This document shows positions 13,025-25,359 of a stretch of DNA of 64,000 nucleotides, in pieces. The stretch's first letter is position 1. The number at the start of each line of letters is the position of its first letter. The notes beneath the pieces were generated by a model that worked only from the letters and a program-made list of their open reading frames with translations, had not been told where the DNA came from and made no database searches. Origin of the DNA: Octopus sinensis. Taxonomy: Eukaryota. The position numbers were made by a program, and so were the translations under genes. The DNA is taken from the NCBI RefSeq assembly GCF_006345805.1, contig NC_043009.1, positions 20,460,001 to 20,524,000 of the forward strand, in the 5' to 3' direction.

Positions 13025-13192
13025 CTTTATCTCAACTCCAGCTGGTACCACAATAGGTCGGAAAGACAATGAATGAGGGCAGATGGGGGTTATCATGATG
13101 GAAGGAACACTAGGATGCATCATAGAGGCACCTGCAGCAACAGCATAGGCTGTACTTCCAGTAGGAGTAGATATAATAATACCATCACCTTG
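13025..13192 (-). pseudogene. NADK: Orphan NAD kinase (NADK) exon fragment, antisense in an ACSF2 intron
   Basis: 56 uninterrupted codons, [56 protein letters not shown] (NADK signature), followed by a donor AAG|gttagt. No other NADK exon was found in the window. Confidence 0.85.
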
Positions 13193-13661
13193 GTTGGACA
13201 CAAATCCTCCTGCACAGCCTCACCTCTCATTTGGGTCCCTTATCAGATTCAGCCTCTCAGATTATTGTTTCATATCCACTTTCAAGCAAGGACCCAGAGA
13301 GGATCTGTTGAGGCAGATTTTCTATGGCTGGATGCCCAAGCTGTCACCAACCCTCAACTGTTTCCAAGCTAGATGGTATTTCCCCGTGGCCAGGCATGTT
13401 TTTTCACAGAAGAATGGTAACAACCAACCTCACTTGTGTGAGGGTGATGCTCATTTACAACCATTATGTGATATTTAGACAAGGGTAAACACACACAGGA
13501 CAGGCTCCTTTCAATTTCTGTCCCCACAATTTACTCAAGAGGCTTTGGTTGGTCTGAACTGTAGCAAAAAAACACCCAAAGTACTGCACAAGTGAGACTG
13601 AATCCAAGAGCACAGGATTGGGAGGCAAACTTCTTTAACTACCCAGCCCGATATATTTATA

Positions 13662-16516
13662 TCTCTCTATATATAAAACTGAGAATGTGTATCTGTCTGT
13701 GTGTTTCCCAAAAACTTGAGAACTACACAACCAATTTCATTCAAATTTTTCACATGCCTTACATAGGGTCCATGTAGTTTCATGGGCAAAAAAATGTTCA
13801 ACTTCTTGCCTAGGGCGAGCCCACAGCAATATCATATCTTCTCCACTATTTCAGCATTACGTGTTAAAAGTGAAACAAAAACATTTCTCTATTTTATGTC
13901 AGATACTTTCACTTTAACAATAAAAATTGAATTATATGTGGTAAGTAATAATTAAAATCAAACTAAAGTATGATATAATCGTAACATAACAAAAGTAAAA
14001 ATAGCAATTGGTATAAAATTGCATCAATAACTTGAAATTGAATAAGTGGTTTCACATGAATGGGAATAAATTAAAAATAAAATTAGTGTGCAGAAATGGA
14101 ATAGTCCAGATGGAGGTGTGCACATACCGTTTACTACGGCTTTTACATTAGATTATCTGCTAATTAGCTAGCATTAAGTATCTATATGAAGTTTGGCTGT
14201 ATGTAATGTCAGTTTTCTTGAACAGCCGCTTCTACTGAGTACTGCTGTTGGTTTATTTCTTATACATAAAGGACTATAGCTTCAACTGCATACTGCTTTT
14301 TGATTCACTGTAAGGTTTGTTGTTATTATTATTACTGTTTAACTAATGTTATCACGTTTGTTGGTTCCTCGAAAGGGAAACGTTATTGTGTTGCATTTGT
14401 TAAATAATTGTAAACCGTAACCCTCCCCCTTTGGGAGAAGGAGCTTTGCTTATTGTTTAAAAATTGAATTGTGTCCCTGTTTGGGGAAATTGACAATATT
14501 TTCACCGTTTACACAGAAGCATTTTTGTTAGAATGCCTTCGATAGAAGAAAGTCCAAAAATGAATTTCACTGCAGCCGTCGGCGGGCATGAACTCATTAA
14601 AATTAAAATGGAAGAAATACAAACCTATTTCGAATTGATCACCGACAAAGACGGTGAATCTAGGATAACACCACCAAACGAAATATAAAATTAAATTAAA
14701 GAAAAGACTATTGTCTATAAAGTATACAATGTCGAGAAAAAAAAGATTTGAACACCTGGAGGAAAGCACCATCGAAAAGTGTCTTGGTGCGACTATGAAA
14801 GATATCTAACCAGAGGCGGTAAATTCACCACTATAGAAACAAGGTTCAAGTCAACGGAGTGTGCAAGGGAGTACTCGACTCTAACCTTGCAAAGTGGAAA
14901 TATTTTATTTTTACCTTTATATCTGGGACGTAGGACGTCCCGGATAAAAATTTAAAATGTCCCCCCAGAAGTAGAGGTAGGCTGGATTGTAGCCACACTT
15001 CTATACAAGAGGGAGGACAAGATACAATTGATCGAAATTGCAAGAGACGGGCCTACAATTCTGTTATATATTTTGAGTATTGTTATCACTAGTGATAGCA
15101 AGATATAACTTTGTATTTTGTATTTTATGTGTAGATGTATATATATACGAGGGACGTTCAATAAGTAATGCCTCTGACCCACTTGCAGTTGTTGGATCTA
15201 GCTGAAATTTTGCATGTGCTATCATTTATATCTCTATAGAGTAAGTGGCAAATTACAGCACTGAATTAATTGTGGTTTCTGATTTACAGGTGTTTGAACC
15301 GAGTCAAGTGTGAAATGGAGCCTGTTGAATGTCGAGCAGTGATCCGGTTTTTGTATTTGAAAGGACGCACACCACGGGAGACTTTTGATGAAATGAAAGT
15401 AACTTATGGTGATGATGCCCCATCATATGACCTTGTAAAACACTGGCATCGTGAATTCAAACATGGTCGGAACTCTGTGGAAACAGCTTCCAGATCTGGT
15501 CACCCCTTCTGCCATTGATGAGGCATCTGTCCGTCAATTTGAGGCTGCTATTTTGGAAGATCAACGCATAATTATTCGCCAAATAGCCCATGAGGTCAAG
15601 ATTAGTACCGGGTCTGTGGAAACTATCATTCATGACCATTTGCATATGCAAAAGGTGTCTGCCAGATGGATTTCCAGGTTGCTCATGCCTTTCCAGAAGC
15701 AAGAACGCGTCGAGTGCTCGAGGGTGAATTTGGAGATGTGCCAAGAAGATGAGTCAAAATTTTTCAAAAGACTGATTACACAGGATGAAACCTGGGTCCA
15801 TCACGATGATCCAGAGACCAAAGCCCAGTCAATGCAGTGGAAGCACCGTGACTCACCCCCTCCAAAGAAGGCAAGGGTGCAGCCCTCCGCTGGCAAGGTC
15901 ATGCTCACAGTCTTCTGGGACCAGGACGAAGTAGTGATGACAGATTTCCTGGCAAAGGGTACCACAATTGCAGGAGCCTATTATGCTTCACTTTTGAGGA
16001 AATTAAGAGAAGTTATCAAAATCAAGAGGCGGGGCAAGATCAGCAAAGACATCCTCCTCCTGCAGGACAACGCTCCGGTCCACAACTCGCTTGTCACCAG
16101 ATCAGAAGCACAGGCGTATGGCTATGAACTCCTCCCCCATCCCCCTACTTTCCTGACCTTGCACCCTCTGATTTTCACCTCTTCCCAGTCATGAAGTTGT
16201 TTTTGAAAGGAAAGCGTTTCCCAGATGATGCAGCCTTGATTTCTGAAGTCACGTTCAGGTTGGAGGACCAAGCTGGGGTCTTCTACAAAAACGGTCTCCA
16301 GAGCTGCATCAAACAATGGGAGAAATGCATAACTCTGGGTGGTTCCTATGTAGAAAAAGACTAATAACTGTGCCAAGTTTCGTTGCTCTACTGCTATGGG
16401 AAGTGGGTCAGGGGCATTACTTATTGAACGCCCCTCGATGTACATGTAATATGTACAGATATATATACACATATATACATGCACTATGACCCGGCAATGA
16501 CAGGTCATAATGCTAG
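13662..16516 (+). mobile_element. Non-autonomous Helitron, copy B (interrupted by mariner)
   Basis: A|TCTCTCTATATATAAAACTGAG...TATGACC-cggcaatgaca-GGTCATA-atgCTAG|T; reverse complement of copy A. Confidence 0.85.
15148..16437 (+). mobile_element. Mariner (DD34D) transposon, full length (1290 bp), with pseudogenised transposase
   Basis: About 37-bp TIRs CGAGGG(A/G)CGTTCAATAAGTAATGCC(T/C)CTGACCCACTT; left TA; transposase 15315-16364 with WISRLL, DETW, QDNAPVH and YFPDLAPSD (34-residue spacing); frameshifts near 15505 and 16145. Confidence 0.95.
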
Positions 16517-16555
16517 TTAGTTCAATAAATTTCTGTCTAATCATTGTTTTTTTTT

Positions 16556-16840
16556 TGTTTGTTCCTTCTCGAGCCATGCCTGGCTCATAAGGGCCGGTTT
16601 CCTTGGCATATAGGTTCCCCACCTGGACGGGACACCAGTCCATCGCAGGTGAGCTGCAAGATGCAGGAGGAAAGAGTGAGAGAAAGTTGTGGTGAAAGAG
16701 TCAGCAGATGTTCATCATTACCTTCTGCCAGAGCTGCGTGGAGCTTAGGTGTTTTGCTCATAAACACACACATTGCCCGGTCTGAGATTCGAACCCACGA
16801 CCGCGAGTCCGCTATTCTAACCACTAGGCCATGTGCCTCC
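16556..16840 (-). mobile_element. tRNA-derived SINE (GGAGGCACATGGCCTAGTGG head)
   Basis: A and B boxes; sister copy at 18115-18399. Confidence 0.85.
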
Positions 16841-17372
16841 ACCCATCTAATCATTCAAATACTCATATGCAGTGATTGCTACCATAACATTTATTTTCTT
16901 GAAGAGATGGGTCAGGTATGTCTGCTATACAGCGACATCCAGTATCCTGTCATCTGACAACACCTCATTGTCACCCTGTCATCAGTTACCCTCCACCAAA
17001 ATTATACACTGAAGATCGATGGCTCGGTCATTTGGTCATTCACAGAGTTGTTTACTATCAAATCAGCCATGATTGAGAAGACTTACCATCAAAGATGCTC
17101 CAAAAATGACCATCACTTTTATTCAGAGTATACATAGTGTAATGTTTGACATTATTGTGTCCTTCCTCCGTTAAGACAACAGGAGGTATTGAGGAAAACT
17201 TTTAGTGGGTAGAGTCACCAATTTGAGGGTTGACCATTAAATCAGACTTCAAAAAAGCTTTCAGTAGAATTTCCAGACATATTTTATGAGCAACACTAAG
17301 GGAGTCTGCAGAAAATAGTTGAAGTACTCAGAGGAAGTGGTACAGTTTATTAAGCATTCTCTCTTTTTATAG

Positions 17373-17483
17373 GTTGTTGGGTTACCAGATCCACGAATGG
17401 GAGAAGAGGTGTGTGCCAGTATTCAATTGAAGGAAGGTGTAGAATGCAGTGAAGATGAGATTAAAGATTATTGTGTTGAACAT
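17373..17483 (+). CDS. ACSF2: ACSF2 exon (7th in window)
   Basis: ttttatag|GTTGTT...GAACAT|gtaagt; VVGLPDPRMGEEVCASIQLKEGVECSEDEIKDYCVEH; 111 nt. Confidence 0.93.
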
Positions 17484-18114
17484 GTAAGTAAATGATTGAT
17501 AGAACAAAATTACTGAACAATTCATATTGTAGTGTTGCAAACTTGGCAGATTTGCTGCTGTCCTGTGGTGAACCACCTGGTGGTCATTTAATCCATGTGA
17601 GTTCAATGTGGAGACTTGATTAAGCAGTTGAATAAATCTTTCAGAGGAAGAAAAAAGACCTCTTGTGACATGGATGAATACTTTTTGATAGAGTTTAACA
17701 GAACTGGAAAGTTCTAATAGCTTTGGCACAGGAAGAAGGGTAGAACTCCTTTTTTAAGATCTCCAATATTGATGGAATGACAGAAGGAACTCACAAATGG
17801 ATCAAATACTTTCAGCAGAATACACTCTGCTAATAAAACATGTCTTTTAGCAGCAGACCCTGTAACAGAAAAAAAAGGGTTTTTTTCTTTTACATCAGTT
17901 GTAGGCCTGTGTGGATGCATGGCAGAGGCATGGGTGCATGGATAAGACAGAGGTGTGGGTGCATGGATAAGATGGAAGTGTGGATAAGTTCATTTGTTTT
18001 ACCTACATAATTTCAGGTTCAGTCCCATGCTAAAGCACTTGGGAGTAATTATCTTCTTCCACCTTGAATCCATTAATGCCTATCAAGTGAAAATTCTCCA
18101 TAGGTGCAGGAGTG

Positions 18115-18399
18115 TTTGTTCCTTCTCGAGCCATGCCTGGCTCATAAGGGCCGGTTTCTTGGCATATAGGTTCCCCACCTGGACGGGACGCCGGTGAGCT
18201 GCAAGATGCAGAGGAAAGAGTGAGAGAAAGTTGTGGCGAAAGAATCAGAAGTTTCGCCATTACCTTCTGCCGGAGCTGCGAGCTGCACGGAGCTTAGGTG
18301 TTTCACTCATAAACACACACATCGCCTGGTCTGAGATTCGAACCCACGATCCCTCGACCATGAGTCCGCTGCTCTAACCACTAGGCCATGTGCCTCCAC
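18115..18399 (-). mobile_element. tRNA-derived SINE inserted at the head of another SINE
   Basis: 13-bp TSD AGGTGCAGGAGTG at 18102 and 18400. Confidence 0.87.
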
Positions 18400-18725
18400 A
18401 GGTGCAGGAGTGGCTGTGTGGTAAGTAGCTTCTTACCAACCACATGGTCCCGGGTTCAGTCCAAAGGCTTGTGAGTGAATTTGGTAGACGGAAACTGAAA
18501 GAAGCCTGTCATGTATATATATGTATGTATGTTTGTGTGTTTGCCTCCCACCATCGCTTGACAATTGATGCTAGTTTATTTATGTCCCTGTAACTTTGTG
18601 GTTCGGCAAAAGAGGCCAATACAATAAGTACTAAGGCTTACAAAGATTAATTCCTGGGGTCGATGTGTTCGACTAAAGCCAGTGCTCCAGCATGGCTGCA
18701 GTCAAATGACTGAAATAAGTAAAAG
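18400..18725 (+). mobile_element. tRNA-derived SINE (GGAGTGGCTGTGTGGTAAG family)
   Basis: Similar copies at 10887-11049 (-) and 53092-53670 (+); decayed ones near 28600, 36590, 46890 and 62190. Confidence 0.8.
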
Positions 18726-19052
18726 AATCAAAGAAAATTGTTTATGAATGTCTGACTTTGACTCTTTCAATACTCCTGCCTGGCTCCCATTAGTGGAGTT
18801 CATACTGTTACAGTTAAAGGCTGATCAATGTTACTGAAGTGAAAAAAACCATTGCAGGTTTATTTATAGAAAATGTTGACCAACTGAATATACAGAACAA
18901 GCAGTTTAATTCTAAGTGAGATGTTCATGGTCGCTAATGTCTTTCTCAGAAATGCAACCTGAATGACGGATGTTAATTTTATGAAGTGACTCAAGATAAC
19001 GAATGCCTAACCAATCTAATCTTTCAATTAATTAATATTTTCTCTTTTTCAG

Positions 19053-19175
19053 TTGGCTAAATTCAAGAGACCTCGATATGTTGATTTTGTTAACAGTCAT
19101 CCAATGACTGTAACTGGGAAAATACAAAAGTTCAAAATAAAAGAAAATCTTATAGCAAAACTTAATCTGAAATAA
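19053..19175 (+). CDS. ACSF2: ACSF2 terminal coding exon
   Basis: ttttcag|TTGGCT...; LAKFKRPRYVDFVNSHPMTVTGKIQKFKIKENLIAKLNLK*, with the catalytic Lys in GKIQK; AATAAA at 19171 and 19196. Confidence 0.94.
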   Translation: MAKFKRPRYVDFVNSHPMTVTGKIQKFKIKENLIAKLNLK

Positions 19176-20322
19176 ACAGTTGACTAATGATAAAGAATAA
19201 AAAAAACATTATCTGGACTCTAAATGCATTTTTCAATTTACTAATGTTGTCATTTTTCTCATCTCTTTGTCCAGACATGGTGTAAATAGTCTCTTATTAA
19301 TAATTTCCACATCAATTTTCAACGACACCTTGCTTGAGATTGTTCCCAACTCGACATTGACTAATAAATTACCTTCACCTTGCAACACATTCAAATAATG
19401 ACTTTGGACACCTCAGAATTCTAGCTTGCCTAGCTTTTTCGTGTTTTTTAACCATTCAGCAGATCATCACTTGTTTCTTTTACCTCTCTTCAGTGCCAAA
19501 TATTCGCTAACATTGAGATTTGAAAATCAGTATTTTGAAGTAGAATGGTAAGAAACATAACAGACAAATGTGATATGAAGAAAATGATTTATGAAATGGT
19601 TCGATGAAACTGTTTAACCAATATTTAATACAGTCTTTTTTATTAAAAAAAAAAATCCTTGGAAAAATGTACATTCTAAAAATAAATTCAGGGAATTAGT
19701 TTTAAAACAATTGAAATGCAAAGAAATAATTCAATTAGATTTTGTAAGTCATAATTTTATAAAATTCTAACTTTCAAATGTTTTTTGTCTTTTCTTTTTT
19801 TAAGAAAATATTTTCAGATAAAACGGGAAATTATTAAAAACTCTTCAGTTTTCAATTATTAAAACTTTTTTTTTTCCAAAGTCAGTAAATTTTACTGAAA
19901 TACGTCTTCTGTAAGGTTTCGCTTTATTTTCCATAAAGCTTCAGAAATTTGCCCGTTTGTGCAGACGAAGGGAAATAATTAGGTCAACACAGAAACTAAT
20001 TGTTCATTGAACGAAAAAAGGTTTACCAGCTCCAGATTAAATCACCATCATATGCAACAAACACACATATATGTGTGGGTACATACACATATATACGCAC
20101 GCACATGCTAATGACTATTTACCATTGCAGTTCAGTTGTGTTCTCAAACGATGAGAATATATAATTTACACTCCTATATTGCTTATTGCCAGAAAAGAAA
20201 ACGTTTGAAGAGCAGTGAGTATTAGTGGCAGTGTGTAGAATGAACGGTCATATCTGAGAATTTGTTGAAACAGCAGTAACAAGTACAAGAACATAAAAGT
20301 AGGGGCTGGGAATGGGGGCCAC

Positions 20323-20592
20323 TCAACCCCCTAAGCGGCTGGCCACCAGTTCCCTGTAGGCAATTGTGATATAAACAACCATCAAAGAAAGAACAAAGAC
20401 ATCGTCTAAGAGTCCAAACAAACCAAAAGCAGCTTCGGGAATTATGTCTAAGGGTGAAATAAGATAACATATCCCAAATACGGCACAGATCGTAATTCGC
20501 ATACGAAATATTATCATAAGTCCATTCCACGAGAAAAGTTCTTGTAGACAGTGTCGTAGAAGAGTTGGGATATCATTGAGATAGTCCATTAT
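20323..20592 (-). CDS. RNF170: RNF170 terminal coding exon (DUF1232-type C-terminal TM region)
   Basis: ttacag|ATAATG; IMDYLNDIPTLLRHCLQELFSWNGLMIIFRMRITICAVFGICYLISPLDIIPEAAFGLFGLLDDVFVLSLMVVYITIAYRELVASRLGG*. Total CDS 747 nt = 248 aa plus stop. Confidence 0.96.
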   Translation of the reverse strand: MMDYLNDIPTLLRHCLQELFSWNGLMIIFRMRITICAVFGICYLISPLDIIPEAAFGLFGLLDDVFVLSLMVVYITIAYRELVASRLGG

Positions 20593-21039
20593 CTGTAACA
20601 GAAAATAAGCATTGAGTGTTGAAGAATTAAAAGCTGGAAGGGAATCAAATATATTTATGCATCAATAAATATACATGTAGTGATACACTTACACACAATC
20701 TTACATGTGTGTCTGTGAAGACAATGTTTAAAATAAAGTTGTCACCCACCCCTTAAGACAGGTGAACGCATTCGAGGAAATGTTGGCTGCTATTTCTTCA
20801 GGTTTAACAATCAAATAGAAAAATGTTTCAGTTTTCTGTAGTCCCCTCCATTTATCAGATCTACTCCCTTACATAGAAGAAAAGAGTCTTCGACACAATT
20901 CATTATGTAACATTAACTTCTTTACATTAATCTTATATACACTGCTGTTATTACGTAAAGGGCAAAAAAAAAAACTAAATGAGAGAATCGTTCAACTTTA
21001 AAACAATTTTCCCTGGAATCAACAGGCAAAGGAGATGCC

Positions 21040-23300
21040 TTAGAGAGAATTACAGAGGAATCAAATAGCTGGACAAGGTCATGAAAGTTACAGAAGCAGT
21101 TATAGCCAAGCTAATTAGAAAAAGAGTTGCAGTAGTGTGGTTTTCTACCAGGGAGAAGCACTACTGATGCTTTCTTCCTAGTAAACCACCATAATTGGCT
21201 TTCATCAACCGGGAGAAAGTGTTTGGCAGGGTCACTCACTGCCTGATTTGGTGGTCATTAGAAAAGCTAGGAGTAAATAAATGGCTGACAAGTGGAGTCC
21301 AAGTTGTGTAAGAGGTACTGTCAGTAAGGTGACAGTGATATAATATAATATGTAATGAAATTATTGTATACAGTGCTCAGGTGCACAACAACTTGTCAGA
21401 AAGTGCATATAGAGTATATGCAGTAATGTACAAATGTCTGGAAAGCGAACAATGTATGAGTCAGATACATGCTTGTGTGTGTATGGAGGGGAGAAAATCA
21501 GGTGTAGTGCTGGCGAATCTCAGAAAGCATGGAAGTTTTGAAGGATGCAGTGCTCCGACAACTAACAACTGATGCCGGCAGTTTGTTCCATGCTTCAGCA
21601 ACACTCAGCGTGAAAAAATGTTTCCTAAAGTCATGGGAGCTGTGCTGTTTTCTGACTTTATAAATATGTCCACGGGTGTTAGATGGGTGGAGTTTGAAAA
21701 GGTGCTCAGAGTTATTGTTTGTACGATGGTTGATAATTTTATGGGTGTCTGCCAAGTCAGCTGCCAGACATCGGAGGTAAACAGTCACCAGGGCTTGGCT
21801 TTCAGTAGCCCCACTATTTATTATCATCCTCCAGGACATAGCAAGAGTTTTAAGACCTGGTGCCAGTGGGAACTCCTCTATACTGATGACATTGTTTGTA
21901 TAGCAGAATTAGAAAAGAAATTCTAAGAGTGGAAGCAAAATCCAGATTCAAAGTTAACTTTGCAAAGACCATATAAGTAGGAATACAAACAATATTCTAG
22001 TTCTCTCAGGAAAATGACCCTGTTCAATATGTAGAAAAAGTGTAAGGAGGACTTCTATACAATGTACTCAGGGTAAACTATGGCCATGAGAGGTACAGCG
22101 GAATCACTGAAAGATTTACAGTAAAAGTAGACTTTGTGTGTACATGCTAGGAATAAAACACCAAGCATACATTGGAAATAAATTTTCTCAAATGCCCAGA
22201 AGGTTTGCTAGAACCTTCTGTTATCCAGGTGACCTAATTAGTAGTGGAGAGTGTAGTTGCTAGAATAGGATGGCGAGAGTTCAGAGAGCTTTACTTGTAT
22301 TGGTAATAAACGAGCTCTTCCTCAGATTGTATGAGGTTTGTGTATGAACAGTAATGCTACATGGCAGTGAAACATAAGCCATGAATGCAGAGGACATGTG
22401 ATAACCAAAGAGAAAAGAAGTTTGCATACTTTTGCAGGTGTGCAATATCAATGTAAATTTATGATAAAGTACAAATAAGTTGAGAAAGAAATTGGACATA
22501 AGATGCATTAGATGTAGTGTGCAAGAGAAGACTGTGCTAATATGGTCATTTGGTGCACATGAATGAGGCACTAATAGCTAGATGTGGATAAAATATATGG
22601 AAGAGGGAAATCTAAAAAGATACAGAAGGGAATAGTGAAGACCAACCTCCAGATGATGACAAAGAACCAAAATGCTTGGCAATTTGCTAGGCTTGAGAAG
22701 ACCCATTCATCTCAGCCAAAAAGCACATCATCCATACCTCTAACCCCTTCACCCAGTTTGTACCTGTCAAGCCTTCCCAACAACTCATCTTCATAATAAG
22801 TGATTCCTCCTTATTCAATCTTTATACACCTTATTGTACCATGAGGGTACTTCATGGATAAAGAGAGAAAATTAAGAATGGCTAGGGGAATAAGTTGATC
22901 AGTGTGAAAGGAAAGTGGCAGATGGTTAGAGATGGAGCTAGAGATGAATGCAGTGAACATGGGTGGAAGCGTGATCAATGGTGAATCTGTTTGTAGGGGA
23001 GGATAAAGGAAAATAGGAGCAGGCAAAGATGAGCTGCAATATAATAAAACTGTAGGTAGGTGATGTGAAGTGTGGGGGAGAGATAGTGACAGAGTGAGTG
23101 GCAAAAATAAAGTCATCCTTTCCCACAATAAAGAGGGAAAGGAGGATATCGAGAATGAAGAATGGGTTTTTAAAAGGGTGTGGACACTGAGAGTGAAGAA
23201 AGGGAGTGGTTCCAGAGAGAGGGAGAGGTAACTGGTAGCACATACAAGGAATGATATATATGCGAGCCATAGTTAGAAGAGTGGAGGGATGGATATTAGG
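21040..23300 (+). mobile_element. Degenerate RTE LINE split by the CR1-type insertion
   Basis: KVFGRV..LIWWSLEKLG before the insertion and WELLYTDDIV, LHGSET after it. Boundaries approximate. Confidence 0.75.
21340..21777 (-). mobile_element. CR1/L2-group LINE 3' end inserted into an RTE
   Basis: LRCLAADLADTHKIINH...TRGHIYKVRKQHSSHDFRKHFFTLSVAEAWNKLP; same family as 60360-60700. Confidence 0.88.
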
Positions 23301-23329
23301 AAGATAAAAGAAGGAGAAGGATGGATGAA

Positions 23330-23900
23330 TATCGATTGGGTACAAAGCAGGAACCAGTGAGCATCTAGACACAAGCATAAGACTTTTAAGACCTTATATT
23401 CTACTGAGACAGAATGGTCTTTATGAGCACAGCAAACTGCAAACCATTTCACTCGTTTGTCATCTCCTTCATGAAGTTCCACATCTTGAGATCAGCCTTC
23501 ACTAATTCATCTCAATCTTCCTGAGTCTCCCTCTTCCACAAGTTTCATCTACATTTAATGACTGGCACACCACACAGCTGTTACCATACAGGTGCATCAC
23601 TTGAGAAAACCAGTGCCATATTCCCTCTTGTACACTACACCTGGTGTCTCTTGTGCCTTGTCTCATTCTAGTTTCCACATGCCTTCTGCATTCACAGCCC
23701 ATGTTTCACTACCATGTAGCATTGCTGTTCATATACAAGCATCATACAGCCTGCCTTTCACTCAGAGAGAGGTCTTTTATTACCAACAGAGGTAACAGCT
23801 CTCTGAACGCTCTCCATCCTGTTCTTATTCTAGCAACTACACTCTCAGAATATCCTCCGCTTCCCCACAAAGACACCAACCACTGTCAGGAAATGTTATT
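23330..23900 (-). mobile_element. Degenerate RTE fragment, tail-to-tail with the preceding copy
   Basis: Minus-strand LHGSET-type and TCGRGR..K motifs. Confidence 0.7.
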
Positions 23901-24196
23901 ACATCTGATTTCACATCTGAAAAGAAAACTGATAAGTAGGAACTACCACAGAATAATTAAGACTACTACAGCTATGAGAGAGAGTGTGAGAGAGGAAGAG
24001 AGATCTTATAGCCTTCATTCTCAGGTAAACATTATAAATGGCAGTAGTATAGACTATAGAAACAATAGCTTTGGGGCTAAAATAACAGACAGCTCAACTG
24101 TGTGTGTCTCTAATAAGATGGAAAACAACATGAACAAACCCGAGACTAAAACAACACATGATGTTTTGAAAGTGTAAATGCTTGAAAATTACTTAC

Positions 24197-24316
24197 AGAT
24201 CGAGGTTCTCCTGAGAATCTTCGATTATAATCATGAATTTGATTAAGTATATCAGCTCGTTCTTGTGTCGTAGAACGAGTTTCTGCATCGGTGAAACAAA
24301 GTAATAAAAGAGTAAC
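24197..24316 (-). CDS. RNF170: RNF170 exon
   Basis: tttcag|GTTACT...CGATCT|gtaagt; VTLLLLCFTDAETRSTTQERADILNQIHDYNRRFSGEPRS, with the DYNRRFSG.PRS motif; 120 nt. Confidence 0.95.
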
Positions 24317-25285
24317 CTGAAAAGAAATTAAATTCAGAGTCTGTCAGGAACTATTCATAGCAAAGTATCATTAAAGAATGTCACAAATACAACACCTGAG
24401 CATCTCACATTCGATTCAAAGATATTTGCAGTTGTCTCCCCTTCCTTTATAGACAGGAGTTCATTATTCAACATTTAAGAATTACAACAATGAGCTTAAT
24501 GTCTACAATGCTCAGGTGCACAACAGGTGTATAATGCAATAAATCTAATAGAAAAATATTAGCGGCAGGTAACATTACATTTGAATATTTAAGCAAAAGA
24601 GACAAAATGATAAAATATATTATTGGGGAGGGGAGGTCGTGATATTTTCTGTGAAGATGTGCAGCCTGATGGTTAGGATGTTAGGTTCACAATGATAAGG
24701 TCATAGGTTCAATTCCTGAATTCAACAGCATGTTGTATCCTTTATTTCGTGTTGCTCCAGTCTACTCAGCTGGAAATGAGTAACAGTCATATACTGGTGC
24801 AGCTTTCTCACTCTCTCCTTCCTTCATGCTCAGCAAAGTCAAGTGTAGGAGGGACAACAAGATATCTATATTGACCCACAACTACATAAAACACCCAAAA
24901 CAAGTGGCCAAAGTCTGGTACAAGCTTTCACATCATACTCGTCTGTGACTGATGGCTAAACTTTTTTAAGCTTTTAGCATTCCAAGTCAAATTGCACTGG
25001 GCAAAAAGAATTTTAATTACTGTAATTAATTATCTAATTATATAAAACTTCTTGATTCACAATATCCACTTATGCTAACACCGACTTAATGGTTTGTTTT
25101 TAGAAAATATTGTTTTGTATATAAAATTAATTTAAAATATAACTGATAGAACATAAGTTGATGACTTGAAAATAAACTTTTATAGTTACAAATATCTTTA
25201 AATTTAACTATTTTTCAACAATTTTCAACACAATAAATCAATTGTTTTATGTGAAAAATGGAATTCATTATGTTGTCAAACTTAC

Positions 25286-25359
25286 CTTTTGTCTACAAAC
25301 TGGACACTTAATTCCACCTAGCCATGATCCATAATGCCAATAAGCAATGATGCAGCTAG
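25286..25359 (-). CDS. RNF170: RNF170 exon, second half of the RING domain
   Basis: tttag|CTAGC...CAAAAG|gtaagt; (A)[24 protein letters not shown], completing the C3HC4 RING; 74 nt. Confidence 0.94.

Noticed and set aside
13025-13192. NADK fragment as bacterial contamination or horizontal transfer
   Set aside because: It has the eukaryotic-type [15 protein letters not shown] motif, host-like AT-rich codons and a GT donor at a plausible exon end.
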